DNA of 59,194 nucleotides, filler included. It is 4 parts of 4 records of this genome, joined end to end, with 100 filler letters (N's around TTAATTAATTAA, not from the genome) between each part and the next. Parts side by side here need not be neighbours in the genome. Positions count along the whole stretch, not along the records: positions 28,155 to 46,855 come from SRR31147125_4362; positions 46,956 to 59,194 come from SRR31147125_4366; 2 more parts are not named here. One strand, given 5' to 3'. The position numbers and the translations under genes were made by a program. Below are positions 39,966-51,007 of this stretch, piece after piece (the first letter of the stretch is position 1; each line of letters begins with the position of its first letter). The notes under the pieces are model-generated. The model was not told the DNA's origin. It saw only the letters and a list, made by a program, of their open reading frames with translations, and searched no databases.

Positions 39966-41702
39966 TCATTTCTTTAAACGGACAATATAACTGCCGATCG
40001 CTAATTCATGCACACAGCCCCACATTAAATGTTCAAAAGCTTCTTTGGGCCTGTGCACGATAGGTAAACCATGCCGGTTAAAACTGGTGTTTAAAATAAC
40101 CGGGACGCCGGTCTTTTTATAAAATTGAGAGATAACATCATAATAAAGTGGATTATCCGGTCGGACACTGTGAACTCGAGCCGTATTATCAACATGGATG
40201 GCCGCACGTATGTCTTTTTCTTTGCCATCAACAACATCAAATGCCAATGTCATAAAAGGCGTTTGACAAAAATCTTTAAAATACAAATGCGCTTTATCTT
40301 CCAGGCAGCTGGGTGCAAACGGCATAAACCAGTCCCGGTTTTTCATTTTTTTATTAATCATCTCTCTTGTTTCAGGATTTCTCGGATCTGCCAGAACACT
40401 TCGACGGCCCAAAGCTCTGGGGCCCCATTCTTCCCTGCCCTGAAACCAGCCTATTACCTTTCCACGAACCAGGGCCTCAGCCACGTATTCAGGCATTTTA
40501 CCATCCAGTTTTTCCCAACTCAGGTGATCTCCATAACTCTGAATTTCCGACAGAATCTCCTCATCCGAAAACGCCAGACCCAGGTTTGAGTCGTTCAATT
40601 TTAAAAGTGTTGGTTCATTTGTTTTTTGATGATATAATTCCAAAGCAGCTCCAATCGCTGTGCCGCCGTCACTGGCATGGGGATGAACAAAAATATCCTC
40701 AACAAAAGGTAATTTCAAAATGAGTTTGTTCACCTTGACATTTAAAAAGGTTCCCCCGGCCAGGGCTATATGAGAAAATCCATACTTTTCATACAAAGCT
40801 TCGATAAAGCTAATGATTCGTTCCTCTAATAGTTTTTGCGCAGCGGCTGCAACGTGCTCTTTACCATATTTCTCTATAAGCTGCATAATTCGCCGGCCGG
40901 AAAACGTTTTTTTAAAAACAGCTTCTCTTGGAACCATCACATAATCTATCCAATACGGATAGCCCACCCATGTGCCATCCCGATATTCAAAAACCATGTC
41001 CCGGATCTCGTCATAACAGCAGGACGGATCCCCATAGGCAGCCAATCCCATGGTCTTGCCCTCACCATCCATATACTTTAATCCCAGGCAGGATGTAAAG
41101 GCAGAATACCACAGAGCTGTAGCGTATAAAGGAATTTCTTCCAGCAACTCCATATTACCATCGCTACACTTGTACACCTGACCTGAAATATTTGTCCCCC
41201 TTGCGTTGGGACCAAAACCATCCATACTGATGGTTACACAATCATTAAAACCACTACAACGATAGGCACTGGATGCATGTGAATGATGGTGATCCAAAAA
41301 GATAATTTTTTTATCAGATATTCCGTATTTCAACAAACCATTGGAAAAAACAGCCGGCTTGTACATCTTGCGAATATTTGGAAATAAATATTTCATCATT
41401 CCAAAAAAATTATGACCCATCAAACCAAGAAGAGATCTTGGCAAATCCCAAAATGATCTACAGAATAAATCATTATAAAATGATGATGCCGGATAACCTA
41501 TGGCAAAATAATCAACCTGTTTTATATCTATCCCGGCATAATCCAGAGTGGCCTGCAAGGCATTCTTCGGGAACGTCATATCAAACTTGACACGCGTGAA
41601 TCGTTCTTCAGACGCGGCAAATAGTATTTTTCCATCCTGTACCAACGCGACACTGCTATTATGATGAGCACCCGCCACATCGTTTAATCCCACGATGAAC
41701 AT
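39966..41702 (-). CDS. Carbamoyltransferase (NodU/CmcH/TobZ family)
   Basis: SEERFTRVK, HHHSHASS, EGKTMGLAAYG, AGGTFLNVK, EWGPRALGRRS, WFMPFAP, LNTSFN. Confidence 0.95.
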   Translation of the reverse strand: MFIVGLNDVAGAHHNSSVALVQDGKILFAASEERFTRVKFDMTFPKNALQATLDYAGIDIKQVDYFAIGYPASSFYNDLFCRSFWDLPRSLLGLMGHNFFGMMKYLFPNIRKMYKPAVFSNGLLKYGISDKKIIFLDHHHSHASSAYRCSGFNDCVTISMDGFGPNARGTNISGQVYKCSDGNMELLEEIPLYATALWYSAFTSCLGLKYMDGEGKTMGLAAYGDPSCCYDEIRDMVFEYRDGTWVGYPYWIDYVMVPREAVFKKTFSGRRIMQLIEKYGKEHVAAAAQKLLEERIISFIEALYEKYGFSHIALAGGTFLNVKVNKLILKLPFVEDIFVHPHASDGGTAIGAALELYHQKTNEPTLLKLNDSNLGLAFSDEEILSEIQSYGDHLSWEKLDGKMPEYVAEALVRGKVIGWFQGREEWGPRALGRRSVLADPRNPETREMINKKMKNRDWFMPFAPSCLEDKAHLYFKDFCQTPFMTLAFDVVDGKEKDIRAAIHVDNTARVHSVRPDNPLYYDVISQFYKKTGVPVILNTSFNRHGLPIVHRPKEAFEHLMWGCVHELAIGSYIVRLKK

Positions 41703-41706
41703 CCTG

Positions 41707-42891
41707 CTATTCCTTCCCATTCAAAATTGTATGATTATTAAATACCTGCGAAGGCCGCACCTCTATACCCAGCATGCTGAGAAAAAAAGATGAAAAAAGT
41801 ATTTGTGTCCCTATTATTATAAAAGTAGATGCACAAAGTGCCAGACGGACCTCATCTAAAGCTCCAAAATTGCTCATGATCCACTTTACAAGAATATAAA
41901 TATCTGTCATGAAACCCAGAATAAATATTACAAAACCAACCAAAAGGCCTCTTTCTAAATTAAACAATTTAAATGCTTTTTTCAAACTTTTGTCTTCAGG
42001 CACAAAATCATGTGTGGCTGCATAAATCCGGGCAAAGACACCAATATTGATTATCTGAAATCCTAGCACAGCTAACAGACTACCCAGCACCATAACATGT
42101 ATGTCTATCATCCGACCCGCTATATATATAGGGCCTGGAAGAAGAACAAGCATAGCAACCAGTCCAACCAGAAATAAAAGCGTACCTGGCCACAGGTATA
42201 AATGGGTTGGACTATGGAGAAGCATAAAACGCAAATGCCGCCATCCATCTCTAAATGATCGTAAATGAGGCGACCGGCTTCGCCCATCCCGATAAAGCGT
42301 GATGGGGATCTCAACTGTTCGCAGATGATGTTGAGCTGCTTTGATGACCATTTCTGAAGCAAACTCCATCCCGGTTGTCTGTAAATTCATTTTAGCGTAT
42401 GCTTTTTTTGTAAATGAGCGCATACCGCAATGGGCATCAGAAATCCCGGAATGAAACATCAAGTTTAATATACCGGTTAGAATTGGATTTCCCAAATATC
42501 GGTGTAACCATGGCATGGCACCCTTCATAATGTGACCTCGCAGTCGGGATCCCATAACAAAATCGGCGCCATTGCCTAAAGGAGTAACAAACCTGGATAG
42601 ATCATTAAAATCATAGGAGTCATCGGAATCACCAATAACAATATAATCTCCCCTGGCAGCTTTTATCCCGGCTCTGTAGGCATACCCATAACCTCGTTTC
42701 TTTTCAACAACAACTTCGGCACCAAGCTCCGTGGCGATGCTAACGGATTCATCTGTAGAACCATTATCCGCAATGACTATCTCGCCCGTAATATTCAACT
42801 GCTTTAGCGCTTTTTGCGCCTTGCGAATGCAGGTGCCTATAGTCTCACTTTCATTCAAGCAAGGCATAACAACGGATACCTGAATTGCCAC
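41707..42891 (-). CDS. Polyprenyl-phosphate sugar synthase-like GT2 (DPM1/ArnC/GtrB-like) with C-terminal TMs
   Basis: MPCLNE, DNGSTD, GDSDDSYD, DAHCGMR, HLRSFRDGWRHL. Confidence 0.88.
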   Translation of the reverse strand: MAIQVSVVMPCLNESETIGTCIRKAQKALKQLNITGEIVIADNGSTDESVSIATELGAEVVVEKKRGYGYAYRAGIKAARGDYIVIGDSDDSYDFNDLSRFVTPLGNGADFVMGSRLRGHIMKGAMPWLHRYLGNPILTGILNLMFHSGISDAHCGMRSFTKKAYAKMNLQTTGMEFASEMVIKAAQHHLRTVEIPITLYRDGRSRSPHLRSFRDGWRHLRFMLLHSPTHLYLWPGTLLFLVGLVAMLVLLPGPIYIAGRMIDIHVMVLGSLLAVLGFQIINIGVFARIYAATHDFVPEDKSLKKAFKLFNLERGLLVGFVIFILGFMTDIYILVKWIMSNFGALDEVRLALCASTFIIIGTQILFSSFFLSMLGIEVRPSQVFNNHTILNGKE

Positions 42892-43044
42892 AGCCTGTCT
42901 CCTATTTCATTTATCAAAAACACACATTCTTTATTACCGTCTATATGGAAAGCCTCTGTTTCCATCCAAAGAGGTATTTTAATTTTTCATCAAAAGTCCC
43001 ATTATGATCCATCAAAGCGTTGACAATGAACAGAACGTTTTTTA

Positions 43045-44484
43045 CTATTGACCTTTCGCTTTTAATATGGTCGGAACCGTTTTGAGTAAAATTTTAAAAT
43101 CCAGTCCTAATGACCATTTGTCAATATATTCAATATCCAACCTCATCCATTCATGGAACCGGACTTTGTGCCGACCATTGATTTGCCACAGACAGGTAAG
43201 GCCAGGCAACATGCTGAATCGTCTTTTTTGCCATCTTTCATCTATGCCTTGAACATCACGCACAGGTAGAGGTCGTGGTCCAACAAGACTCATCTCACCT
43301 TTCAGGACATTTATCAATTGAGGAAGTTCATCAAGGCTGGTTTTTCGAAGCCATTTACCAATCCTGGTTATCCTGGGATCCTTATCGATCTTAAATGCCG
43401 GACCATCCGCCTCGTTCAAATACTCCAATTCCAGTTGCATTCTTTCAGCATTTCTAACCATGGTGCGAAACTTGTAAATAAAAAACGGACGACGGTTATA
43501 TCCTATACGCTCCTGAAAATAAAATATCGGTCCTTTTGAATCGATTTTTATTAAAATGGCAATAATTAAAAAAAATGGTGCGGTCAACCCAAAAGCAATT
43601 CCAGACAAAACGACGTCCGTCAGTCTCTTTAACCAGAATAATTCCAATTGATGTTTCGATCCATTCAAAATGGACAGCATGGGAACACCATTTAAAACAA
43701 AGGCTGCGGTTTTTGACGTCTTGAAATTAAAGGAATCAGATGGCACCCTGCAGACAATCCCCAGCTCCTGACAAAGCTGCACAATATCATTTATCTTTTC
43801 ATAAAAGGATTTGATGGGAAGACAAACAAAAACTTCATCAACAATATTATTTTCGAGAAAATTGCCAAGTTCATCAAGACGGCATAATTGTTTTGATGCC
43901 GGAATGGCATAATCGGTGAAATGGTCAAAATTATCATCGATATAGCCTAGTAAAGAGTATCCTAACTCGGAACGATGAGTCACTTTTTGTGCCAGATCAA
44001 CAGCTCTTGGCCCGCTACCTACGAATACGATGAATCGTAAATTCCTGCCGTGAGATCTTAAATAAATAAGAAATTTTCTAACGATGGTACGAGCGAGAAT
44101 AGTTAGAATGACACAACTGACCCAAAATGTGAGCACTACCTGTCCATTAATATTCCGTGTTGGAATAAAAAAACTTATCCCGGCCAGAAATAATACACCA
44201 ACTGTAATAGCTTTAATGATATCAAACCACTCATGGAGGATATTACCTAATCGTCTGACTTCATACAGCCCAAACATGGCAAACAGACGATTCCACCCAA
44301 TCATGTAAATGAAAAAAATGATGACGTTGATCAATTTGATTTTAATGGACAGATACTCAACAATGCCGCGTGGATAATCCTGAGGGGCATAATAATAGAG
44401 CGATGCGGCAAAGGTAACCATCATGACAGCAATATCTAGGACTCGCGTCCCCGTTGCAAGTGCTTTCTTTCGGATGTTCGTCAT
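43045..44484 (-). CDS. Priming polyprenyl glycosylphosphotransferase (WcaJ/CpsE-like)
   Basis: KFRTM, DPRITRIG, SLDELPQL, MSLVGPRP, PGLTCLWQ. Confidence 0.95.
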   Translation of the reverse strand: MTNIRKKALATGTRVLDIAVMMVTFAASLYYYAPQDYPRGIVEYLSIKIKLINVIIFFIYMIGWNRLFAMFGLYEVRRLGNILHEWFDIIKAITVGVLFLAGISFFIPTRNINGQVVLTFWVSCVILTILARTIVRKFLIYLRSHGRNLRFIVFVGSGPRAVDLAQKVTHRSELGYSLLGYIDDNFDHFTDYAIPASKQLCRLDELGNFLENNIVDEVFVCLPIKSFYEKINDIVQLCQELGIVCRVPSDSFNFKTSKTAAFVLNGVPMLSILNGSKHQLELFWLKRLTDVVLSGIAFGLTAPFFLIIAILIKIDSKGPIFYFQERIGYNRRPFFIYKFRTMVRNAERMQLELEYLNEADGPAFKIDKDPRITRIGKWLRKTSLDELPQLINVLKGEMSLVGPRPLPVRDVQGIDERWQKRRFSMLPGLTCLWQINGRHKVRFHEWMRLDIEYIDKWSLGLDFKILLKTVPTILKAKGQ

Positions 44485-44611
44485 AAGTTAGCTCATCAAT
44501 TGAATTCGTGTCTTTTTTGCAAGTATTTTATTGTCCATTATTGCGGCGGGCACCTCGATTTATTTCAGATAATATTACATATGGTTTTCTCTTTTTTTAA
44601 TTAAAGTGTTT

Positions 44612-46855
44612 TCACTGTTTTTGAGCCCTTTTTTTTCGGGAAGGCTTTTGCAAATTATCAGAATAATAGGTGTAATAGTAATTATAATCTCCATAAAGAT
44701 TTTTTTCTCGTACATTATTGAGAATAGCACCTAAAACATTCACTCCAACAAGATCTACCAGGCTTTTTGCTTTGTGAATAATTTCCTTATCATTTCGCCC
44801 CGACTCTATTACAATGGCAACAGCATCGACATGAGGGCCAAGAACAGCTGCATCTGTTACGGCAATGATGGGTGGCGTATCGATTAAAACAAACTCATAT
44901 TGGCTTTTTAATAATTTTAGTAATTCAGCCATAGTTTGACCGGCCAGAATTTCAGAAGGATTCGCTGGCAACTTACCGCATGTCAAAACATCTAACTCTT
45001 TAATTGTTGTTGTTTGAATCGCTTCTGAAAGGGCTAATTCAAGTGATGTTGCACCTGGCATTGGTTTACCATTTTGCTCCTCAACACTTTGAGGCGATAT
45101 ATATCCTGGTAATAATTCTTCTAATTCTTCAAAACCTGATGATGCTTTCCCGGGTGATGCAACCGGCATTACAGGTGCTTTAGGAGTATAAGAGCTTAAA
45201 ATAGTTGCTAATCCGGGTTCCCGACAAAGTCCAAACAAATGATGCATAGTTGGTTTGCGAAGATCTGCATCTATAACCAGTGTTCTCAATCCTATTTGTG
45301 AAGTGGCAACAGCGAGATTGGCCAGGGTTGTCGATTTCCCTTCACGTGGTCCCGAGCTGGTGAGCATAATGGTACGAATATTTTTGGACGGATGGGCCAA
45401 CTGCAAATTGGTGCGCAACGCCTTGTAAGCTTCGGATGCGGGAGAAGAAGGATTGCTAAAAGTCACAAGCTGAGGTGCGGGATGCCGGTATTGCCTCGGC
45501 TCTTCCGGGACAAAAGAGCGCGATATCTGACTCTGCCCTCTTACATGGGGTATAGATCCCAATATCCTCAATCCTGTCTTTTTTTCGACTTCTTCCGGTG
45601 TCTTTATGGACGTGTCCATTGTTTCGAGAAAAACAGCCAGGCCGATACCTACAGTTAATCCAAAGACAAGGCCAAGGATCAGATTTAACTTCTTTTTGGG
45701 CCGAATAGGTGTATTGGGCAGGCCGGCCATATCAATAACCCGCAGAGTGCCAACTTTTTCAGCTTCCGTTATTCTTGCTTCTTCACTGCGTTTTGATAAC
45801 ATGACAAAAATACTATTTGCTAAATCCCGTTCGCGGGTGAGACGGGCCAATTCATATTCTTTAGTTGGCAATTGCCTCAATGTTGTTTCATAATTTCGCA
45901 TGCCGGCAGATAAGGACCCTTCTTGGGTACGTAATGTCTCCAATTCTAATTCGAGATTAAATTTTTCCTCAAACAAAGATTCTATTTGGGAGAGAGGATC
46001 TATCATATCATCTGCTTCTACAATTTTAACAGCTTCTTTGGTCAACTCTACACGTATCCTGGCCATTTCATCTCGCATCTTTATCATCTTTGTGTTCGAA
46101 TCTGGCACGCCCTGTAAAGTCATACGAATATATGAGGATCTTAAATCTTTTAAATCCTCTTTAAGCTCCTGAACAAGAGGTGTGGACACATCAGATATTG
46201 TTGGGACCAATTTCTGCTGCCTGGATGAAATTTTATTATTGATACTATGCAAGCGTTTTTGGGTTTTATCTAAATTTGCTTTCGTCTCCTGATATAGCGC
46301 ATCAATATGAGTTATTCGTTTCAAGACCTCTTCAATTTCTCTATCCAGTGAGGTCACTTTATTTTTTTCTTTATAGCGTCGAAGTTTTGTTTCAACATTT
46401 TTTAATTTTGCAGCATATTTTTCTTTTTGGTCTTCGATAAATGCTCTGGCACTGCTGACCTCATCTTTTCGTATCCGAAGGTTTCTTTTCACCAAAACAT
46501 CCGAAATGGTATTTGCGATGCTCATGGAGGCAAAAGCATCACGGGCATTTACTTTAATTTGAATGACATCAGACTCACCAACAGGCTCAGCATGAATATT
46601 ACCCCGAATGACAGCAGCATAATAGGCAATAAAATTAAAATTATCACCTGTTTCCTGCGGCAGCGGGATACTTTTGAGAACATTGTCAGGAAGACTCTTT
46701 ACGACTTCGTATGAGACAGATCGGCTCTTTATTTCCTGTATATGATTCAGCAGGGACTCCTTGCCTTCATAATGATAAGGCGTCGAAGGTGTCACAGGGA
46801 CAAGAGGATCCTCATAAATAATTGTAGTTACAGCTTCATAAACGGGAGTCGCGGT
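44612..46855 (-). CDS. wzc: Wzc-type polysaccharide co-polymerase/tyrosine autokinase, 5'-truncated
   Basis: EAYKALRTN, GPREGKST, DADLRKP, IDTPP, Tyr-rich tail YGDYNYYYTYY; frame open to the contig edge. Confidence 0.92.
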   Translation of the reverse strand, partial: TATPVYEAVTTIIYEDPLVPVTPSTPYHYEGKESLLNHIQEIKSRSVSYEVVKSLPDNVLKSIPLPQETGDNFNFIAYYAAVIRGNIHAEPVGESDVIQIKVNARDAFASMSIANTISDVLVKRNLRIRKDEVSSARAFIEDQKEKYAAKLKNVETKLRRYKEKNKVTSLDREIEEVLKRITHIDALYQETKANLDKTQKRLHSINNKISSRQQKLVPTISDVSTPLVQELKEDLKDLRSSYIRMTLQGVPDSNTKMIKMRDEMARIRVELTKEAVKIVEADDMIDPLSQIESLFEEKFNLELELETLRTQEGSLSAGMRNYETTLRQLPTKEYELARLTRERDLANSIFVMLSKRSEEARITEAEKVGTLRVIDMAGLPNTPIRPKKKLNLILGLVFGLTVGIGLAVFLETMDTSIKTPEEVEKKTGLRILGSIPHVRGQSQISRSFVPEEPRQYRHPAPQLVTFSNPSSPASEAYKALRTNLQLAHPSKNIRTIMLTSSGPREGKSTTLANLAVATSQIGLRTLVIDADLRKPTMHHLFGLCREPGLATILSSYTPKAPVMPVASPGKASSGFEELEELLPGYISPQSVEEQNGKPMPGATSLELALSEAIQTTTIKELDVLTCGKLPANPSEILAGQTMAELLKLLKSQYEFVLIDTPPIIAVTDAAVLGPHVDAVAIVIESGRNDKEIIHKAKSLVDLVGVNVLGAILNNVREKNLYGDYNYYYTYYSDNLQKPSRKKRAQKQ

Positions 46856-46955
46856 NNNNNNNNNNNNNNNNNNNNNNNNNNNNNNNNNNNNNNNNNNNNT
46901 TAATTAATTAANNNNNNNNNNNNNNNNNNNNNNNNNNNNNNNNNNNNNNNNNNNN
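46856..46955. other. Artificial contig spacer
   Basis: 44 N + TTAATTAATTAA + 44 N. Confidence 0.98.
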
Positions 46956-46956
46956 T

Positions 46957-47793
46957 TTCCCAATTTGGTATTTCCAGGGAATTGAACGAATGAAATATAT
47001 AACCTACCTGACACTCATAAGTCGAATAACTTTTATTGGACTTATCTTTGTTTTTATCCATTCTCCCTCAGACTATCTCTTTATTCCTATTATAAATGGG
47101 TTTGGTGCATTATTAGCTGGAATTGCTTCTCTATATGTTATATTTAAGATTCATCAAATTAAGCTTCAAACCCCATCTTATTCAATTCTAATGAAAACAT
47201 TAGAGGATAGTTTTTTTCTTTTTTTATCAACTTCCTCCATCCAAATTGTACTAAATGCCAATAAGGTATTAATAGGAACATTCTTAGGACTAGCAGAAGT
47301 AGCTTATTATGATCTGGGTCAAAAAATATTAAATCTACTTAAAGTTCCCTTAGGGCTAATCACTCAAGTATTGTTCCCAAAAGTAAGTAGAGATAAAAAT
47401 ATTAAAGTTCTTAATAAATTACTTTGGTTAACCTTAATTTTCACTACTGCATCCTATATAATTTTATACATGGCTAGCTATGACTTTGTGAAACTTTTTG
47501 CAGGAGAAAAAATGTTAGATGCAGTTGAAATTGTTCGAATTTTAGGTTTATCTTTTGTCCTAGTGGGAATAAGTCAGTATTTAGGTTCAATGCGATTAAT
47601 TCCATATGGATTGAATAAATTATTTGCATTATCCACATTAAGCTCCTTAGTAATATATGTATTAATGATTACTATTATGTTCTCTCTAAACAAAGTAAAT
47701 CTAAGAGTATTGTCATGGATTTCAGTTCTTGTCGATCTTTGGATGATTGCAGTTTATTTATATGTAAATTGGAAAAAACAACTTTTAGTTTAA
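46957..47793 (+). CDS. Wzx flippase, 5'-truncated
   Basis: FPIWYFQGIERMKYIT, VAYYDLGQK, QVLFPKVS; multi-TM. Confidence 0.85.
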   Translation, partial: FPIWYFQGIERMKYITYLTLISRITFIGLIFVFIHSPSDYLFIPIINGFGALLAGIASLYVIFKIHQIKLQTPSYSILMKTLEDSFFLFLSTSSIQIVLNANKVLIGTFLGLAEVAYYDLGQKILNLLKVPLGLITQVLFPKVSRDKNIKVLNKLLWLTLIFTTASYIILYMASYDFVKLFAGEKMLDAVEIVRILGLSFVLVGISQYLGSMRLIPYGLNKLFALSTLSSLVIYVLMITIMFSLNKVNLRVLSWISVLVDLWMIAVYLYVNWKKQLLV

Positions 47794-47796
47794 AAA

Positions 47797-48009
47797 ATGC
47801 TAAGAAAATTACTCTCATTAATATTTAAACCAAATGCTATAGATTCATATAGAAAACTTGGGATTAAAATTGGCAAAGGTTGTCGGTTTATTAGTAAGAT
47901 TGATTTCGGATCAGAACCATATTTGCTAAAGATTGGAGATCATGTTAGTATCAATGAAAGTACTTTTATTACACACGATGGAGGAGTTTGTATTTATAGA
48001 AACAAATAG
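47797..48009 (+). pseudogene. Truncated hexapeptide-repeat acyltransferase
   Basis: GIKIGKGC...FGSEPYLLKIGDHVSI...FITHDGG, then a stop; no continuation before the next gene at 48056. Confidence 0.72.
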
Positions 48010-48055
48010 ATGAAACTGAAAAAAAGACTTTTTATTACTAAAATATAAACTATAA

Positions 48056-48790
48056 ATGACTAAGAAAGTCATATACACGTGTCTGACAGGAGATTATGAC
48101 GAGATAAAAGAACCTCGCTACATAATGGAAGGATGGGATTATATAGTCTTTTCAAATGATTTAAACATTTCAAATGACTCTATCTGGAAAAGGCGCCCTA
48201 TAGCCCTGAATATCAACAATAACCAAGCAACATCAAGGTTTCCTAAATTAAATCCTCATCTTGTCCTAAATAATTATGACATAAGCATATTTATTGATTC
48301 AAATATTTGCATCTTGGATAATAAACTTGAGAGAAGAGTAAATGAACTAATCAATTTAAATGTAAAACTTTCAATTGCAAAACACCCTGAAAGAAGTTGT
48401 ATTTACAAGGAAGCTGACATTTGCCTTAAGGAAGGCCTAGATAAAAAAAAGCACATCAATAGGCATCTAAAGTATCTAAGAAGCACTGGATTTCCTGAAA
48501 ATTTTGGGCTTTTCGAGAATAACATTATTTTTCGAGTACACAATGATCCTGAAATTATTAAATTGGATAATGCTTGGTGGGAATTATTTTCCTTATTTAG
48601 CAAACGAGACCAACTAAGTTTAGCATACCTACTTTGGAAACAACAACAGGTTTGTTTTCCTCTATTTGAAGATGGCTTCAATGTCCGTAATTCAGAGTCA
48701 TTCTTATACTCATACCATAAAAAGAGCAATATACCATTGTTAAAACGTATTAAGAAAAAATTAGCTAAAATTATCAGAAAGCTGAGATAG
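48056..48790 (+). CDS. DUF616-like glycosyltransferase domain protein
   Basis: VIYTCLTGDYD, SIFIDSN, HPERSCIYKE, SKRDQLS. Confidence 0.8.
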   Translation: MTKKVIYTCLTGDYDEIKEPRYIMEGWDYIVFSNDLNISNDSIWKRRPIALNINNNQATSRFPKLNPHLVLNNYDISIFIDSNICILDNKLERRVNELINLNVKLSIAKHPERSCIYKEADICLKEGLDKKKHINRHLKYLRSTGFPENFGLFENNIIFRVHNDPEIIKLDNAWWELFSLFSKRDQLSLAYLLWKQQQVCFPLFEDGFNVRNSESFLYSYHKKSNIPLLKRIKKKLAKIIRKLR

Positions 48791-48799
48791 CAAAAACAT

Positions 48800-49744
48800 A
48801 TGAAGTATTCGTTTATCACAATCAACTATAATAATACAAAGGATACCCTTGAATTAGTAAACGCCTTTTTATTTTCTAATTTTTTGGAAAATGTAGAACT
48901 ATTCATCGTAGATAATAACTCTGAATATCAAAACTTTAAATCACTAAAATCTGGGTTAAAGAAGTTAGATATTAGCTTATCAATTAAAAGTAAAGAAATA
49001 CTTGATACACCAAATACAAACAAAGGTTTACACGTAACTCTAATTCCAAGCAAAATAAACTTAGGATTTGCAGGTGGAAACAATATTGTACTCGAAGAAA
49101 TAATTAACTCTAAAGACGATTACATAGTTAGTTTGATTAATAATGATGTAATTTTTGATCATAACTTTACAAAAGAGATTATCAATTTTGTGACTACAAA
49201 TAAAAATTCAATAATTTCACCTTTTATCTATTTTTCGGAACCTGCAAACTGCATCTGGTTTAATGGCGGTTATTTTAATTCTTCTCTTTTCAGGATCAAA
49301 ATATACGATTATATGAAACCAATTTTTAAAGTAAGAAAGAATATTAATTTTATTTCTGGTTGTTGCATGTCAATGCACTCTTCAGTTTTAAGAAAAAATG
49401 GGCTATTTAGAGAAGATTTTTTCATGTACGAAGAGGATTTGGAGTTTTGTATAAGAGCAAAGAAGAAAGATATTCCTTTTAAAATTTGTTATTCGACTTC
49501 TATCATACATAAAGTTGGAAGTAGCACATCAAAGCTAAGTCAAGAACATAGGATATCAGATTTTTCATTAGAATGGATGGTGAAAAACCGTTTTAAATTA
49601 ATATTTGAACAAAAAAATATCTTTACAGCAATACTGCCTTTGACTTTTAATCTAATTAAAAACATAAGGGAAGCCAATACTCCACACCTCTCTGCAACCA
49701 GAACTAGACTCGTATTTAAAGCTATTGCAAATTCATTGAAATGA
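48800..49744 (+). CDS. Glycosyltransferase family 2
   Basis: VDNNS, NLGFAGGNN, INND, FFMYEEDLEFC. Confidence 0.9.
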   Translation: MKYSFITINYNNTKDTLELVNAFLFSNFLENVELFIVDNNSEYQNFKSLKSGLKKLDISLSIKSKEILDTPNTNKGLHVTLIPSKINLGFAGGNNIVLEEIINSKDDYIVSLINNDVIFDHNFTKEIINFVTTNKNSIISPFIYFSEPANCIWFNGGYFNSSLFRIKIYDYMKPIFKVRKNINFISGCCMSMHSSVLRKNGLFREDFFMYEEDLEFCIRAKKKDIPFKICYSTSIIHKVGSSTSKLSQEHRISDFSLEWMVKNRFKLIFEQKNIFTAILPLTFNLIKNIREANTPHLSATRTRLVFKAIANSLK

Positions 49745-51007
49745 AATCTTTACTTTTAAAAATATTTGTAATAATTGCCTCATTCTCAACGATTGCAAGC
49801 ATCTTATTCTTTCGAATAACAGGAAGTAGTATTTCTTTTTACATTTTAGCATTAAAAGACTTATGCCTTCTAATACTTGGAATATATGCTATATCTAATG
49901 GAATCGTAAAAATTAGCAGCTATAAAGGACTGTTCTATTTTGTAGTATTTTGTTCTATACTTGTATTAAACTTAATTTTTATATCGAAAATCGATTTCGG
50001 CAATAAAATAATGGCACTAAGGCGGCCATTAACTTTACTTGCCGCAATTATAATTGGTCAAAATTTTCAGATATCTGAAATCGATTTAAAAAAATTTATA
50101 AATACTAACTATCGAATTTTGGTCATTATTCTTCTGTTTGGGATTGTTGAATTGATTTTACCATCTATTTTTTGGGATGACGTTATTAAGATTCCTGAAT
50201 ATTGGGAAGCATCAGGAGACCCTTTTGCCACAAGCACTATTGAAAATAATGGGAGATTCTATACTTGGGATTTATATCTCATTCTGGGACATAAGATAAG
50301 GCGGCTAGTTTCATTTTTTACAGAGCCAACAACGCTCGGAGCATACTGTTACTTTATACTTCCATTCATTATATATTACCATGAAGGATTTCGAAAAGTC
50401 ACGCGAATCTTTTTAATTATTACAATCGGATTTCTCACTTTCTCAAAGGGCTTTTTACTTTCATTATTTGTAATTCTCCTCAGTACTAAGATTATAATTA
50501 AACCTTTATATTTTCATCTTTCCTTTGTCCTCTTCTTTATAATCGGAATGATTATTTATGAGCTTGGTTTTGGTTTTGGTCCTGCATCACATATATCGGG
50601 ACTTTTTACAGGTGTAAATACTCTTTTTCATGGCAATATTTTGGGCTATGGATTGGGAGCAGGAGGAAACTCTGCAGTTGCACTAGGATTAGATGCAGAA
50701 GGAGGAGAAAGTGGACTTGGAACTATTATAACTCAATTAGGTGCAGGAGGAATTTTTTTTATCTATACATTTTGCACATTGCCAACAGACTATACTACTA
50801 CTTCACTATTAACAATGATAAATTAGCATATTGCGCCTTTGTCCTAATGTTTGTTTGGTTCTTAAATTTTATGTATTCAGAATCATCATTAGGTTTTACT
50901 GGCAATATTCTAATATTTCTTTCAGTTGGTATGATTTTAACAATGTCTAAAAATAAATTTGATGAGAAAAATAATGTTCCTGACTCCACAGTTACCCTTC
51001 CTCCTAA
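49741..51007 (+). CDS. Wzy-like polysaccharide polymerase, split by a frameshift at T8 50753-50760
   Basis: Multi-TM; RLVSFFTEPTTLG, LTFSKG, GYGLGAGGN; C-terminal TMs continue in ORF 50772; 3' end inferred. Confidence 0.65.
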
